Below, piece by piece: positions 23,493-33,255 of a stretch of 43,493 bases of DNA; within the stretch, counting starts at the first letter, position 1, and the number at the start of each line of letters is the position of its first letter. The position numbers and the translations under genes are program-made. The notes beneath the pieces are model-generated. The model made no database searches. It was not told the origin of the DNA and saw only the letters and a program-made list of their open reading frames with translations. Source of the DNA: a virus (lineage: Duplodnaviria; Caudoviricetes); IMG/VR virus record IMGVR_UViG_3300024043_000020, positions 1 through 43,493 of that record. The stretch is one strand, 5' to 3'.

Positions 23493-24530
23493 ATGAACTC
23501 CCTGCACATCTTCCGCGCCGGCACCCATACCGACGTCAACGGCAACAAGGTCACTCTGACCGAAGCCGACATTGCCGCCTCGGCGGCGGCGTACGACCCG
23601 GCCAAGCACGAAGCGCCGATCGTGATCGGCCACCCGAAGCTGGACGCGCCGGCCTATGGCTGGGTGCAATCGCTGTCCGCCTCCGGCCCCGATTTGGAAG
23701 CCGTGCCGGCGCAGGTGCCGGTCGCGTTCTCTGAAATCGTGACTGCCGGCGCCTACAAAAAAATCAGTGCGTCGTTCTACCCGCCGGCCGCGCCGGGCAA
23801 CCCGGTGCCCGGCGTCTGGTACCTGAAGCACGTTGGATTCCTCGGCGCCACACCGCCGGCGGTCAAAGGGCTGCGCCAAGCCGCCTTCGCCGCCGGCGAT
23901 GACGGCGCTGTCGAATTCGCCGACTGGAGCCTGCGCACCCAGGCGTCGCTCTGGCGCCGCCTGCGCGACTGGATCATCGGCGAAAAAGGCCAGGAAGTCG
24001 CCGACCAGATCATCCCCGACTACGCGATCGACGAGTTGCGTGACGAAGCCAACCGCCCCGATCCGCAAATCGAGCCTTTGCCCACCAACCAACCTTCCTC
24101 ATTTTCGGAGACCACCACCGTGACCCCTGAACAAGCCGCCGCCATCCAGGCGGAGAACGACCGCCTGAAGAGCGAACTGACCCAATCCAGGGCGGCCGAC
24201 GCCAAGCGCGACGCCGATGCCCGCCATGCCGGCAACGTCGCCTTCGCCGAGGCCCAGATCGCTGCCCGCCAGCTGGCGCCGAAGCACAAGGATGCCGTCG
24301 TGGCGTTCCTCGATTTCGCCGAAACGCCGGCCGCCGACGGCGGCGTGGTGTCGTTCGGCGAAGGCGAAGAAAAGCAGCCGCTGGCCGCCGCGTTCAAGGC
24401 GTTCGTCACCGACCTGCCGAAGGTCGTCTCGTTCGGTGAGCGGGCAACCAAGGACCGCGCCGCGTCCGCCGATGCCGTCAATCCCCTCGTCGCTGATGCC
24501 CAGCGCCGCAATCAGAGCAACCAGCAATAG
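23493..24530 (+). CDS. Prohead protease/scaffold (Mu gp32/I-like)
   Basis: HIFRAGTH...HEAPIVIGHP...PAYGWV...YKKISASFY...YLKHVGFLGATPPAVKGL. Confidence 0.9.
   Translation: MNSLHIFRAGTHTDVNGNKVTLTEADIAASAAAYDPAKHEAPIVIGHPKLDAPAYGWVQSLSASGPDLEAVPAQVPVAFSEIVTAGAYKKISASFYPPAAPGNPVPGVWYLKHVGFLGATPPAVKGLRQAAFAAGDDGAVEFADWSLRTQASLWRRLRDWIIGEKGQEVADQIIPDYAIDELRDEANRPDPQIEPLPTNQPSSFSETTTVTPEQAAAIQAENDRLKSELTQSRAADAKRDADARHAGNVAFAEAQIAARQLAPKHKDAVVAFLDFAETPAADGGVVSFGEGEEKQPLAAAFKAFVTDLPKVVSFGERATKDRAASADAVNPLVADAQRRNQSNQQ
24120..24530 (+). CDS. Probable in-frame internal scaffold protein (Mu gpZ-like)
   Basis: GGAG at 24107-10, then in-frame GTG at 24120 after a Pro/Ser linker; analogous to Mu I/Z. 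Confidence 0.55.
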   Translation: MTPEQAAAIQAENDRLKSELTQSRAADAKRDADARHAGNVAFAEAQIAARQLAPKHKDAVVAFLDFAETPAADGGVVSFGEGEEKQPLAAAFKAFVTDLPKVVSFGERATKDRAASADAVNPLVADAQRRNQSNQQ

Positions 24531-24538
24531 GAGCTGTC

Positions 24539-24904
24539 ATGGCGAAAACGCAACCCAAATCCCTTTCCGACCTGCTGCTGGTCGAAGTCAAGGCCGGCTG
24601 GACGAAAGAGAAGGTCATCCTGAAAGGCGGCGTCAACTATCCGCTCGGCGCAGTCCTGTCTGTCAAGTCCGGTATTCACCAGATTCTGGCGCCGGATGCT
24701 GAAGATGGCTCCGAGAACGCGGTTGCCGTTTTGGCTGAAGCCGTCAACGTCGGTGCCGACGGCGCCGCTGGACTGGTGATTGCGCGCGGAGCCGTCGTCG
24801 CAGCGGAAGAACTGTGCTGGCCGGACGACATCACTGAGCCGGAAAAGGCCGCCGCGCTGGCCGAGCTGGAGGCGCGCGGCATCGTTGCGGGCGCCGCGCT
24901 GTAA
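24539..24904 (+). CDS. Head decoration protein (lambda gpD-like)
   Basis: YPLGAVL...DGSENAVAVL...VIARGAVV; directly upstream of the capsid gene. Confidence 0.8.
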   Translation: MAKTQPKSLSDLLLVEVKAGWTKEKVILKGGVNYPLGAVLSVKSGIHQILAPDAEDGSENAVAVLAEAVNVGADGAAGLVIARGAVVAAEELCWPDDITEPEKAAALAELEARGIVAGAAL

Positions 24905-24928
24905 CCCGTCCCCACATCAGGAGCACTC

Positions 24929-25909
24929 ATGACTCTCGAAGATTTGTTCACTCTCGCGTCCCTGACCGACGCGATCAACGCGCTGCCGGCGGTGCCGGGC
25001 AAGGCCGGCCAGACGGGCCTGTTCGTCGAAAAAGGCGTGACAACCACCACCATCGTCGTTGAGCACCGCGCCGGTCGGCTGTCGCTGGTGCCGGCCACCA
25101 GCCGCAACGACGATCCGACCGCGGTCAAGGACGGCAAGCGCACACGCCGGTCGTTCGAAGTGCCGCATCTGCCGCAGTCGGCACAGGTGTTGCCGTCCGA
25201 GCTGCAGGGCTTGGCCGCGTTCGGCTCGGATAGCGCCGCCGCGCCGCAGGCCAGCGTCATCAACGACAAGCTGGAGGGGATGAAGGCCAACCTGGAGGCA
25301 ACCCGGGAGTGGCAGCGCATCGGCGCCATCAAGGGAAAAATTCTGGATGCCGACGGCAGCGTGATCTACGACCTGTACGACGAATTCGGCATCAGCGAGA
25401 AAAAGCTGACCATCGCCCTGGGCACGGCCACCACCGATGTCCGCGCAAAGCTGCTGGAAGCCAAGCGCTGGGTGGAAAAGAAGACCCCTGGTGTCGTCAT
25501 CACCGGCTTCAAGGCGTTCTGCGGCGCCAGCTTCTTCGACGCGCTGACCGGCCACGACAAGGTCCAAAAGGCGTTCGAAGGCTGGCAGGCGGCACAAGAC
25601 CGGATCGGCGGCGACATGCGCGCCGGCTTCACCTTCGGCGACATCAGTTTCGAGGAATACAACGCGCAGGTCTCGGGTAAGGATTTCGTCGGTGACAACG
25701 TGGCGCGCATCTTCCCGGTCGGCCGTAACGTGTTCAGCATGTACAACGCGCCGGCGAACTACAACGAAACCGTCAACACCGTTGGCCGAGCGTTCTACGC
25801 CAAGGCGGAAGAACGTCGGCTCGGCAAGGGCTGGGACCTGGAAACACAGTCCAACCCGCTGGCGATGTGCTTCTACCCGGAAGCCCTGGTCGAGCTGACC
25901 GCGAGCTGA
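24929..25909 (+). CDS. Major capsid protein (lambda gpE-like family)
   Basis: FTLASLTDAINALP...EATREWQRIGAIKGKILDADG...QSNPLAMC. Confidence 0.9.
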   Translation: MTLEDLFTLASLTDAINALPAVPGKAGQTGLFVEKGVTTTTIVVEHRAGRLSLVPATSRNDDPTAVKDGKRTRRSFEVPHLPQSAQVLPSELQGLAAFGSDSAAAPQASVINDKLEGMKANLEATREWQRIGAIKGKILDADGSVIYDLYDEFGISEKKLTIALGTATTDVRAKLLEAKRWVEKKTPGVVITGFKAFCGASFFDALTGHDKVQKAFEGWQAAQDRIGGDMRAGFTFGDISFEEYNAQVSGKDFVGDNVARIFPVGRNVFSMYNAPANYNETVNTVGRAFYAKAEERRLGKGWDLETQSNPLAMCFYPEALVELTAS

Positions 25910-25998
25910 AATACCCAGCGAGCGAACGCCGGCGCGATCAAGGCGTGACAGCCGGAGAGACGGCACGAATTCGATAACGCCGTTTCAATTTCGACCTC

Positions 25999-26439
25999 AT
26001 GGATATGCGCTACTGTACGCTCGACGACATCAAGCTTGCGATGCCGGCATCGACCCTGATCGCGTTGTCCAACGACGATCCGATGGCGGCCGAGATCGAC
26101 CTCGACGTGATCGAACGCGGTGCGCGGGCGGCCGAAGAGCTGATCGACGCAAATCTGCGCGGCCGCTACCTGCTGCCACTTGAGACGGTGCCGACCGTGA
26201 TCAACGAATGCGCGGTCACCCTGATCCGACAATGGCTGTATGCGCGCCGGCCGGAAGGGCCGGACTTGCCGGAAGTGGTCACCACTTCCCACATCCAGGC
26301 ACTCAAAACCCTGCGCGAGATTCGAGACGGTCAGCTGACCATCGGCCTGCCGACCGGCCAGGCAGCACCGGAGCCGGGAAAGTTCAAGGTGCGCGCACCT
26401 GGCCGCCGGCTCGATCAGATCATGAATGGGACGGACTGA
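25999..26439 (+). CDS. Head-tail adaptor (Mu gp36/DUF1320)
   Basis: YCTLDD...IDANLRGRYLLPL...LYARRP...LREIRDG. Confidence 0.88.
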   Translation: MDMRYCTLDDIKLAMPASTLIALSNDDPMAAEIDLDVIERGARAAEELIDANLRGRYLLPLETVPTVINECAVTLIRQWLYARRPEGPDLPEVVTTSHIQALKTLREIRDGQLTIGLPTGQAAPEPGKFKVRAPGRRLDQIMNGTD

Positions 26440-26906
26440 TGGCCGACTCCAGCGCGCGCACTCTGCCGATCATCGACTCGGTGGTCGAGAGACTGAAGGA
26501 AAAACTACCGAATGTGGCTGCTGAATACTTCCCGGAAGAGCCGAAGAACTATCGGCTCAACCATCCGGTCGGCGCGCTGTTGGTCAGCTTCCCTGGCAGT
26601 GTATTCGGCCTGCCGCCGGCCAGCGGTCAGAATGCGGCGCAACTGCCAGGTCGCGTGCGACCACAAGAGCGGGAAGTCGGTGTACGCATCACCGTAGTAC
26701 TGCGGCAGCTGAACGGCCGCAATGGCGCAATCGACGTGCTGGACGACGTGCGTGACGCCTTGCGCGGATTTCGCCCACCGGGTTGCCGGAGCGACCTCGC
26801 ATATCTCGGTGAGCAGTTCCTTGGGCAGCTGGACGGGTTGTGGCAATACGCACTGGATGCCCGGACCACGACCTGGGACGGCGCCGCCGCGCAAAGAAAT
26901 CTGTAA
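26439..26906 (+). CDS. Gp37-family tail completion protein
   Basis: EYFPEEPKNYRLNHPVGALLVSF...GLWQYAL; start ATG 26439. Confidence 0.82.
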   Translation: MADSSARTLPIIDSVVERLKEKLPNVAAEYFPEEPKNYRLNHPVGALLVSFPGSVFGLPPASGQNAAQLPGRVRPQEREVGVRITVVLRQLNGRNGAIDVLDDVRDALRGFRPPGCRSDLAYLGEQFLGQLDGLWQYALDARTTTWDGAAAQRNL

Positions 26907-26930
26907 CCGATTTTCACAAGGAGAATCAAG

Positions 26931-27134
26931 ATGTCCGAAAAAATCAAGATGTCCGACGTGACCTTGAAAAAGCCGCACAAGCACGCCGGTCAACCACGCG
27001 CCGCGGGAGACGTCATTCGGGTGACGGAACCTGAAGCCGCATGGCTGGCGGCACGCGGCGTGATCGAATCGCCGGCAGCGAGCCGTGCCGCGGCGGGCGG
27101 CAAAACTGAAGGGCTTCCCGGGGAGAGCAAATAA
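26931..27134 (+). CDS. Small virion-associated protein
   Basis: VTLKKPHKHAG...GDVI...AAWLAARGVI; AGGAG SD. Confidence 0.75.
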   Translation: MSEKIKMSDVTLKKPHKHAGQPRAAGDVIRVTEPEAAWLAARGVIESPAASRAAAGGKTEGLPGESK

Positions 27135-27856
27135 TGAGTACCGCCAACTATTTTTCGTTCCAGGGCAAACTGTATCTGGGCAATCGCCTCGCGAACGGCA
27201 AGCCTGGCAAGACCCAGTGGGTCAACGACGCCGCGACGGCCGAGATCACCCTGACGACCGAAAAAGACGAAAAAACCGAAAGCTGGAGCGGTCAACGGAT
27301 GACTGCGGCAACTCTGCAAAAAAGCAAAAAGGGGTCGCTGAAGCTGAGCTTCGAAACGCTCGAGCCGGACATGCTGGCGCTTGGCCTGTACAGCAAAGTG
27401 ATCAAGACCATTGCCGGGACCGTCACCGGCGAAGAGCTGCCGCCGGAATTGACCGCCGGCGATATCGTGATGCTGGAGCACGGTACCGTGACGGACCTGG
27501 TGCTGACCGACAGCACCGCGCCGGCACCGAAAACCGTCGAGCTCGATGAAGGCTATCGCGAAGAAAATTTTTCCGCCGGCCTGATCACTATCGGCGACCT
27601 CGACGATCTGGAACAGCCGCTCAAGGCCGCTTACAGCTACGGTGCCAGCGTCGATCTGGCGATGAATACCGTCGATGGCAGCCGCGCGATCATCGATTTG
27701 TACCGGGTCAAATTCAACCCGTTCGACGCTCTCGGCTTGATTCACGAATCCTGGGGCAACCTGCCGATCACCGCCGACGTGCTGTTCGACGCGACGAACG
27801 CGCTCGATGCGAATCTGGGCGGATTCGGCCGGTGGCGGATGCCGGAAGTGGCGTGA
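27134..27856 (+). CDS. Major tail tube protein (non-contractile)
   Basis: YFSFQGKLYLG...ESWSGQR...IDLYRVKFNP...LGGFGR; gene order. Confidence 0.85.
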   Translation: MSTANYFSFQGKLYLGNRLANGKPGKTQWVNDAATAEITLTTEKDEKTESWSGQRMTAATLQKSKKGSLKLSFETLEPDMLALGLYSKVIKTIAGTVTGEELPPELTAGDIVMLEHGTVTDLVLTDSTAPAPKTVELDEGYREENFSAGLITIGDLDDLEQPLKAAYSYGASVDLAMNTVDGSRAIIDLYRVKFNPFDALGLIHESWGNLPITADVLFDATNALDANLGGFGRWRMPEVA

Positions 27857-27857
27857 T

Positions 27858-28379
27858 ATGGCCCGAAAAATCACTCCCCGAACCCGCGTGAAGGCGGCGG
27901 CCAATCCGGCCGCCGCCGACGAGCTGGATATCCTGCATCCAGAGCGCAGCGCCCGGCTCGGCGGCCGCCAGATTACGGTGCGTGAATACGGGTTCGTCGA
28001 AGGCTTGCGCTTGCGGCCGCTGATGCAGCCGTTTACGGACGATCTGTACCGCCGGATGCGCGACGGCCAGCCGCTGCAGTATGAACAGGCGCTCGACGTC
28101 ATGGCCGCTCATATCGACGTCGTGCTGCAGCTGGTGGCGATCGCCGCCGACGTTGATCTCGACTTTGTCCAGCGCCTCTCCGACGGCGACGGCGAACTGC
28201 TGCTGATGCTGTGGTGGGGGGCAAATCACCCTTTTTTTCTGCGGCGCGTCCAGGCGCGGTTGCAGATCGAGCAGCTGGAAGCGGCGGCCGCCGGCTCGGC
28301 TGGGGCAGCATCTACGCCAAGCTCATCGCCCACGGCCACGACTTCCGCCAGCTCGGCAGCTACACCGAACGCCAGCTGA
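27858..28379 (+). CDS. Tail assembly chaperone (G-like)
   Basis: DELDILHPER...VREYGFVEGLRL...[13 protein letters not shown]; lies between tube and tape measure genes. Confidence 0.82.
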   Translation: MARKITPRTRVKAAANPAAADELDILHPERSARLGGRQITVREYGFVEGLRLRPLMQPFTDDLYRRMRDGQPLQYEQALDVMAAHIDVVLQLVAIAADVDLDFVQRLSDGDGELLLMLWWGANHPFFLRRVQARLQIEQLEAAAAGSAGAASTPSSSPTATTSASSAATPNAS

Positions 28380-28513
28380 GCCTGTTTTACGACTGCGCGC
28401 TGCGCTCTGAATTGAGCCAGCGGGAACATCGCATCATCGACGTCAATGCCGGTACCGCGGGCGGCCGGAACGCCGAGGCGCTGCTGAAGACACTGCACGA
28501 ACTGCTCGACTGA
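28229..28513 (+). CDS. -1 frameshift extension of the tail chaperone (GT-like)
   Basis: Slippery C CCT TTT / T TTT TTT at 28229-38, in phase with the chaperone. The -1 frame is open to 28513 ([13 protein letters not shown]...[10 protein letters not shown]). Confidence 0.7.
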   Translation, partial: PFFSAARPGAVADRAAGSGGRRLGWGSIYAKLIAHGHDFRQLGSYTERQLSLFYDCALRSELSQREHRIIDVNAGTAGGRNAEALLKTLHELLD

Positions 28514-28526
28514 GCGATCGATACTC

Positions 28527-31500
28527 ATGGCAACCAAAGAACTCAGCCTTGCGCTGCGCATCAAGGCCCTGATCGAGGGCCGCAAGGACGTCGAAGGGCT
28601 CCGCCAGGAACTGTCCGAGATCGCCGACCAGGCCGGCCATGCGCTGCCCGACCCGACCCCAGCGCTGCAGCAAGGCGCGGCGGCGGCGGCGGCGGCGGCC
28701 GGCAAGGCCAGTACCAGCCTCGACCAGATGTCGGAGGCCGCGTGGCGCGCGCAGAAACGCGCCGAAAGCATGGCGCGCGTGCAAGCACAGATGGACGCCG
28801 CTTCCGCCAAGGCAGCGGCCGCGAGCGAGCGCTATAACGCCACGCTCGGCAAAACTCCCGCCGCGGTCGATAAGGCCGGCGCCGCCGCGAACACGGCCGC
28901 AACCCAGTCCGATAAGCTCGGCAAATCGCTGGGCAATATCGGCACCCAAGCGGTCACCGGCAACATCAACGGCGCCACCACTTCGCTGGCCCGTCTGGGC
29001 CTGCAGGCAATCGGCAGCGCCGGCCCGGTCGGCGCGCTGCTGGCCGGCGTCGCGGCGGTGGCCGTAGCGTTCTACCGTGGGACGCAGGAATCGAAAGCGT
29101 TCAACCTGGCGATTCAGACCACTGGCAATTTTGCCGGCGCGACCGCCGGCCAGGTCGAGCGCATCGCGGCGTCGGCCAACCAGATCAGCGGCATCAGCGT
29201 TAGCAGTGCGCGCGCAGCGGTGACGGCAATGGTGCAATCCGGCCGGCTCGGCATTGAGACCATCGGCAACCTTACTAGCGGCATCGAAACCTACGCCGCT
29301 GTGACGGGGCAAGAAACCGCGCAGGCCGCCAGCTCGCTGGCGCAAATGTTTGAAAAGCCATCCGAAGGTGCACGCAAGCTCAACGAGCAATTCCACTTCC
29401 TGTCGTTCGAACAGATCAAGTACATCGATACGCTGGTCAAGCAAGGCAGCACCGAAGCGGCGCAATTGGAGCTGTCGAAGCGCTTCTCTGATCACATCGG
29501 CGGCGCGATGTTGAACAACATCGGCTATGTTGAGCGGGCCTGGCGCGCCGCCGCCGATGGCGTCAAGTCGTTCATCGACATGGTGGCCAGCATCGGCCGC
29601 GACCAGACGGTCGAAGAAAAAATTGCGCAGATTCGCCAGCACATCGAGATGTTGGATAAACCGGGCGCAGACAAAGCCACTCAAAATCGGGTGGCGGACC
29701 TGCGCCAGCAACTGGCGGACCTTCAGGAAACGACGCTCTTGCAGTCGAGGGCGGCCGCCGCTGGCGCCGCCACGGCGCGGCAGACGCAAGCCAAACTGAA
29801 GCTTGATGAAGCAGTAGCGCGAATCGAAGCAGAAAACGTCACGCGCGCGGAAGTACGCGCGGCAAAAATCAAAACGCTGAACGATGCCCTGAAGGCCGGC
29901 GTACTCACCCAGGAGGAATACAACAAGCAGGTGGCGCGCACCAATGAACACTGGAAAGACAAGGAGATCAAGCCGCGTACCGATCCAGCGGAAACCGCTT
30001 TCGCTCAACAGCGCCTCGCACTGGGCAAAGCGATCGCCGCCGAGCAGGGCAAGATCGCCAATCTCGATGCCGGCCTGGCCGAAGGGGAAAATCAGCGCGC
30101 CATTGCGCTGGAGGAATGGCTGAAGTCCAGCAAGGAAGGCGCGAACCTGCTGCCGGCTCAAGTCGAGCAACTGCGCGCGATGGCGCAACAGGCAGACGCG
30201 CTGAACAAAGTGCTGGGTCAGCGCAAGGAACAAAAACAGATCGACGAGCGACTGCCGAAGGAACTCGCCGATCTCGACGCCCAGCTGCTCGCCGCGACCG
30301 GTCGCAGTGCCGACGCGGCGGCAGCTAAAATCAGCGAACGATTCCGCCGCCTGCGCGATGATCTGGCGAAGTCGACAAATCCGAACGTCGATAAACAAGC
30401 CGCGCTGGTCAAGCTGGCTGGCCTAGAGACCATCGAACAAGCCAAGATCGGCCTGGACGAATTGCAGAAAAAGGTGGATCAGGCATTTGGTGACCAGACT
30501 CGCGGCGAGGCGGCGATCGCCCTCAAGGTCAAGACCGGCTTGATTTCTGAAATTGAAGGCCGCAAGGAGGCGGTCGCGCTGTATCAAAAGACCGCCGGCA
30601 TCATCGATGCCTTGATTCCTGACATGGAGCGGCTGGCGGCCGCCACCGGCAACCGGGCGGCGATCGACCGTGTGAAAGACCTGGTCATCAAGACCGCAGA
30701 ACTCAAAACCGTCACCAACGAGCTCGGCGACGCCTTTTCCCGCTCATTTGAAACCGGCTTGGCTAGCGCGCTCGAAGGGCTTGCCACGCGCACCAAAACT
30801 CTCGGCGATGCGGTACGCGGCCTGCTGCTCGACATCTCCCGCGGCATGGCCAAGTGGGCAGCTGACCAACTGGCCAGCGAAGCCAAGCCGGCGCTGCTGA
30901 ATCTGGCCAAGAGCCTGTTTGGCAGTGGTGGCGGCGCGGATGCCACTGCCGGCGCTGCCGGCGCCGCCGCAATGGCCGCATCGAGCACCGCCGCCGCCAC
31001 CGCCATGACCACCACCGCGGCCGCCGCCACGGCGCTGGCCTCGGCGCTGTCGGCCGCCTCGGTCGCCGCCGGCGGCCAGGCTACGGCCGGTGCCGCCAGC
31101 GCCGGCGGCGGCTTCCTGTCGGCGTTAAAAGGGCTGTTCGGCTTTGCCAATGGCGGATACACCGGCCCGGGCGGCAAATACCAGCCGGCCGGCATCGTCC
31201 ACGCCGGCGAACACGTCACGCGTTCAGAAGTGGTCCGCCAGCCCGGCGCGCTGGCCTTCCTCGACCGCTTCAACCGCGTCGGCATGGCTGCGCTATACGG
31301 CCTGCGTGGCTACGCCAACGGCGGCCTGGTCGGCCTGGCGATGCCGGCGCTCGGCGGCTACCAGCTTCAAGCCGGCGCCGGCGCGTCGGGCGGCGGCGCC
31401 AGCCCGGTCACGCTGAATCAACGAGTGGTCGGCATGCTCGACGACGACAGCATCGTCGACGCGCTCAAGGGGCCGAAGGGCGAGCACCTGCTTGAGGTCG

Positions 31501-31547
31501 TTTTCAGCCGCAATCCCGGCAAGTTCCGCTCGATTCTGAAGGTATAG
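28527..31547 (+). CDS. Tape measure protein
   Basis: 1006 aa, Ala-rich and helical; [10 protein letters not shown] lambda-type segment; C-terminal [23 protein letters not shown]. Confidence 0.93.
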   Translation: MATKELSLALRIKALIEGRKDVEGLRQELSEIADQAGHALPDPTPALQQGAAAAAAAAGKASTSLDQMSEAAWRAQKRAESMARVQAQMDAASAKAAAASERYNATLGKTPAAVDKAGAAANTAATQSDKLGKSLGNIGTQAVTGNINGATTSLARLGLQAIGSAGPVGALLAGVAAVAVAFYRGTQESKAFNLAIQTTGNFAGATAGQVERIAASANQISGISVSSARAAVTAMVQSGRLGIETIGNLTSGIETYAAVTGQETAQAASSLAQMFEKPSEGARKLNEQFHFLSFEQIKYIDTLVKQGSTEAAQLELSKRFSDHIGGAMLNNIGYVERAWRAAADGVKSFIDMVASIGRDQTVEEKIAQIRQHIEMLDKPGADKATQNRVADLRQQLADLQETTLLQSRAAAAGAATARQTQAKLKLDEAVARIEAENVTRAEVRAAKIKTLNDALKAGVLTQEEYNKQVARTNEHWKDKEIKPRTDPAETAFAQQRLALGKAIAAEQGKIANLDAGLAEGENQRAIALEEWLKSSKEGANLLPAQVEQLRAMAQQADALNKVLGQRKEQKQIDERLPKELADLDAQLLAATGRSADAAAAKISERFRRLRDDLAKSTNPNVDKQAALVKLAGLETIEQAKIGLDELQKKVDQAFGDQTRGEAAIALKVKTGLISEIEGRKEAVALYQKTAGIIDALIPDMERLAAATGNRAAIDRVKDLVIKTAELKTVTNELGDAFSRSFETGLASALEGLATRTKTLGDAVRGLLLDISRGMAKWAADQLASEAKPALLNLAKSLFGSGGGADATAGAAGAAAMAASSTAAATAMTTTAAAATALASALSAASVAAGGQATAGAASAGGGFLSALKGLFGFANGGYTGPGGKYQPAGIVHAGEHVTRSEVVRQPGALAFLDRFNRVGMAALYGLRGYANGGLVGLAMPALGGYQLQAGAGASGGGASPVTLNQRVVGMLDDDSIVDALKGPKGEHLLEVVFSRNPGKFRSILKV

Positions 31548-31549
31548 CC

Positions 31550-32374
31550 ATGCCCAACGCCGTCGGTTTCGTCACCAACGCCAGCCAGCTCGCGCATTAC
31601 TCGCTGCTGGAAAAAATCAAAGACCTGTGCGCCACCGCCGGCTGGACCGTGCTGCGCTACGACACCGTGCCGGTCAACCGCGAATTGATCATGATGGCAC
31701 CCGGCTTGTCCGGCACGGAACAAATCTACGTCGGCTTCCACACCTACCACGACGTCGCCGCCGACTACTACAACCTGGCCGTGGCCGGCTTCACCGGCTA
31801 CGTGCCGGGCAATACGTTCGATGGCCAGCCCGGCATGATCAAGTCCGGCATCCCCGCGCACAACCAGCGCATCGACTACTGGATCAGCGTCAACGGCCAG
31901 CGCATCGCGCTTGGGCTGAAAGTCGGCACGCCGGTGTACGAGCATGCCTATGCCGGTTTTGGACTGACCCGCGCGCTGCCGAGTCAGTACCCGTACCCGC
32001 TGGTGGTCGGCGGCATGCTGAACGGCGTGCCGGCGACGCGGTTCTCTGACACTACACATTCGATGCCGTATAAAGGCGGCCGCGCCAACTTCCGGCTGCG
32101 CTTCAACACCGGCACCTGGCTGCAGCCGGCGTCCTGGCCGTGGAATTCGCGCACGCCCGCCTTCCGGCCCGAAGGCGGCATCTACCCGATCCTGCCGATC
32201 CTGCTCATGGACGCCAATGGCCTGTACTGCGAGCTGGACGGCGTTTTCTACATCACCGGCTTCGACAATGTGACCGAAAACACTTTCACGATCGACGATG
32301 TCGACTACGTCGTTCTGCAGGACGTCGGCCGAAACGGATTCACCGACTACATCGCCCTGCGACTGGATTCCTGA
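31550..32374 (+). CDS. Tail-tip structural protein
   Basis: YPYPLVVGG, ELDGVFYITGF motifs, as in D3112/B3-like tail modules. Confidence 0.75.
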   Translation: MPNAVGFVTNASQLAHYSLLEKIKDLCATAGWTVLRYDTVPVNRELIMMAPGLSGTEQIYVGFHTYHDVAADYYNLAVAGFTGYVPGNTFDGQPGMIKSGIPAHNQRIDYWISVNGQRIALGLKVGTPVYEHAYAGFGLTRALPSQYPYPLVVGGMLNGVPATRFSDTTHSMPYKGGRANFRLRFNTGTWLQPASWPWNSRTPAFRPEGGIYPILPILLMDANGLYCELDGVFYITGFDNVTENTFTIDDVDYVVLQDVGRNGFTDYIALRLDS

Positions 32375-33255
32375 TGCCTTACGTGACTGGAATTGCGAAT
32401 GATCTGACGGCCCTGCGCGCCGCGCTGTTTAATGCCTGTACCGACAACGGCTGGACCTTGTCCGGTGATGTGCTGCACAAGGATGCTGTGTACGTCCGGG
32501 TGCAGGTTGGCGCCAGCTATTTGAGCTTCCTTGGCGGAACCGGCATCGACGGCAGCAATAATTTGATCGGCGCCGGTCCGTTCGAAAAACGTATAGCCGG
32601 CATCATTTCGAACCTTTCCTGGCCGATGACTTACGAGGTGTTCATCGGCAGCGAACCGGACGAAATTTATTTCGTCTGCAATTACAACGTCGATCTTTAT
32701 ATCTGGGCGGCGTTCGGCCAGTCGTCGGTCCAGGGCTTGTCCGGTACCGGCGCGTGGTACGCAGGATCATCCGATACTTCAGTCTACAACGGCACGATCG
32801 GGATCACGTCAACCACTGTCTCCTCACAGGCAATCTGCCCGGCACTATTTTGGGGGAATGCCGGATATCAGGCCCAAACCTCTTCGTATATTCATCACGG
32901 CATCGACGGCCGAACATGGAGTACCGGTGTCGCCGCCGACTTGGCGTCGGCAATGCTCCTGTCCAGTGTTCTGCAGGATGTCCTGCCGAATGCGTGGAAC
33001 GGTGAATCGATGCTGCTGCCGATCCAAGCGTGCGTACGACGCGCTTCCGGCGGCACAACGTCTCTGGCCGCCGATCTTGCGCATGCGCGCTACATGCGAA
33101 TCGACAATCACGTGCCTGGCGACATCATCACGCTCGGCCCGGATCGCTGGAAAGTATTCCCCTGGTTCAAAAAGAACACCGCCGCGCGCAATGGCGGCTC
33201 AAGCATCGACCACACCGGGACGTTCGGCTGGGCGATCCGTTACGGCGGGCCGTAA
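32374..33255 (+). CDS. Tail-tip structural protein (second)
   Basis: MPYVTGIANDLTALRAAL...PGDIITLGPDRWKVFP...HTGTFGWAIRY; TGATG coupling. Confidence 0.75.
   Translation: MPYVTGIANDLTALRAALFNACTDNGWTLSGDVLHKDAVYVRVQVGASYLSFLGGTGIDGSNNLIGAGPFEKRIAGIISNLSWPMTYEVFIGSEPDEIYFVCNYNVDLYIWAAFGQSSVQGLSGTGAWYAGSSDTSVYNGTIGITSTTVSSQAICPALFWGNAGYQAQTSSYIHHGIDGRTWSTGVAADLASAMLLSSVLQDVLPNAWNGESMLLPIQACVRRASGGTTSLAADLAHARYMRIDNHVPGDIITLGPDRWKVFPWFKKNTAARNGGSSIDHTGTFGWAIRYGGP

Noticed and set aside
26924-26956. 15-bp direct repeat AATCAAGATGTCCGA x2 around a start codon
   Set aside because: A small in-frame 18-nt duplication giving two alternative ATGs; no evidence of function.
28676-28700. (GCG)n run in the tape measure gene
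   Set aside because: Encodes poly-Ala; triplet slippage keeps the frame, so it is not a phase-variation switch.
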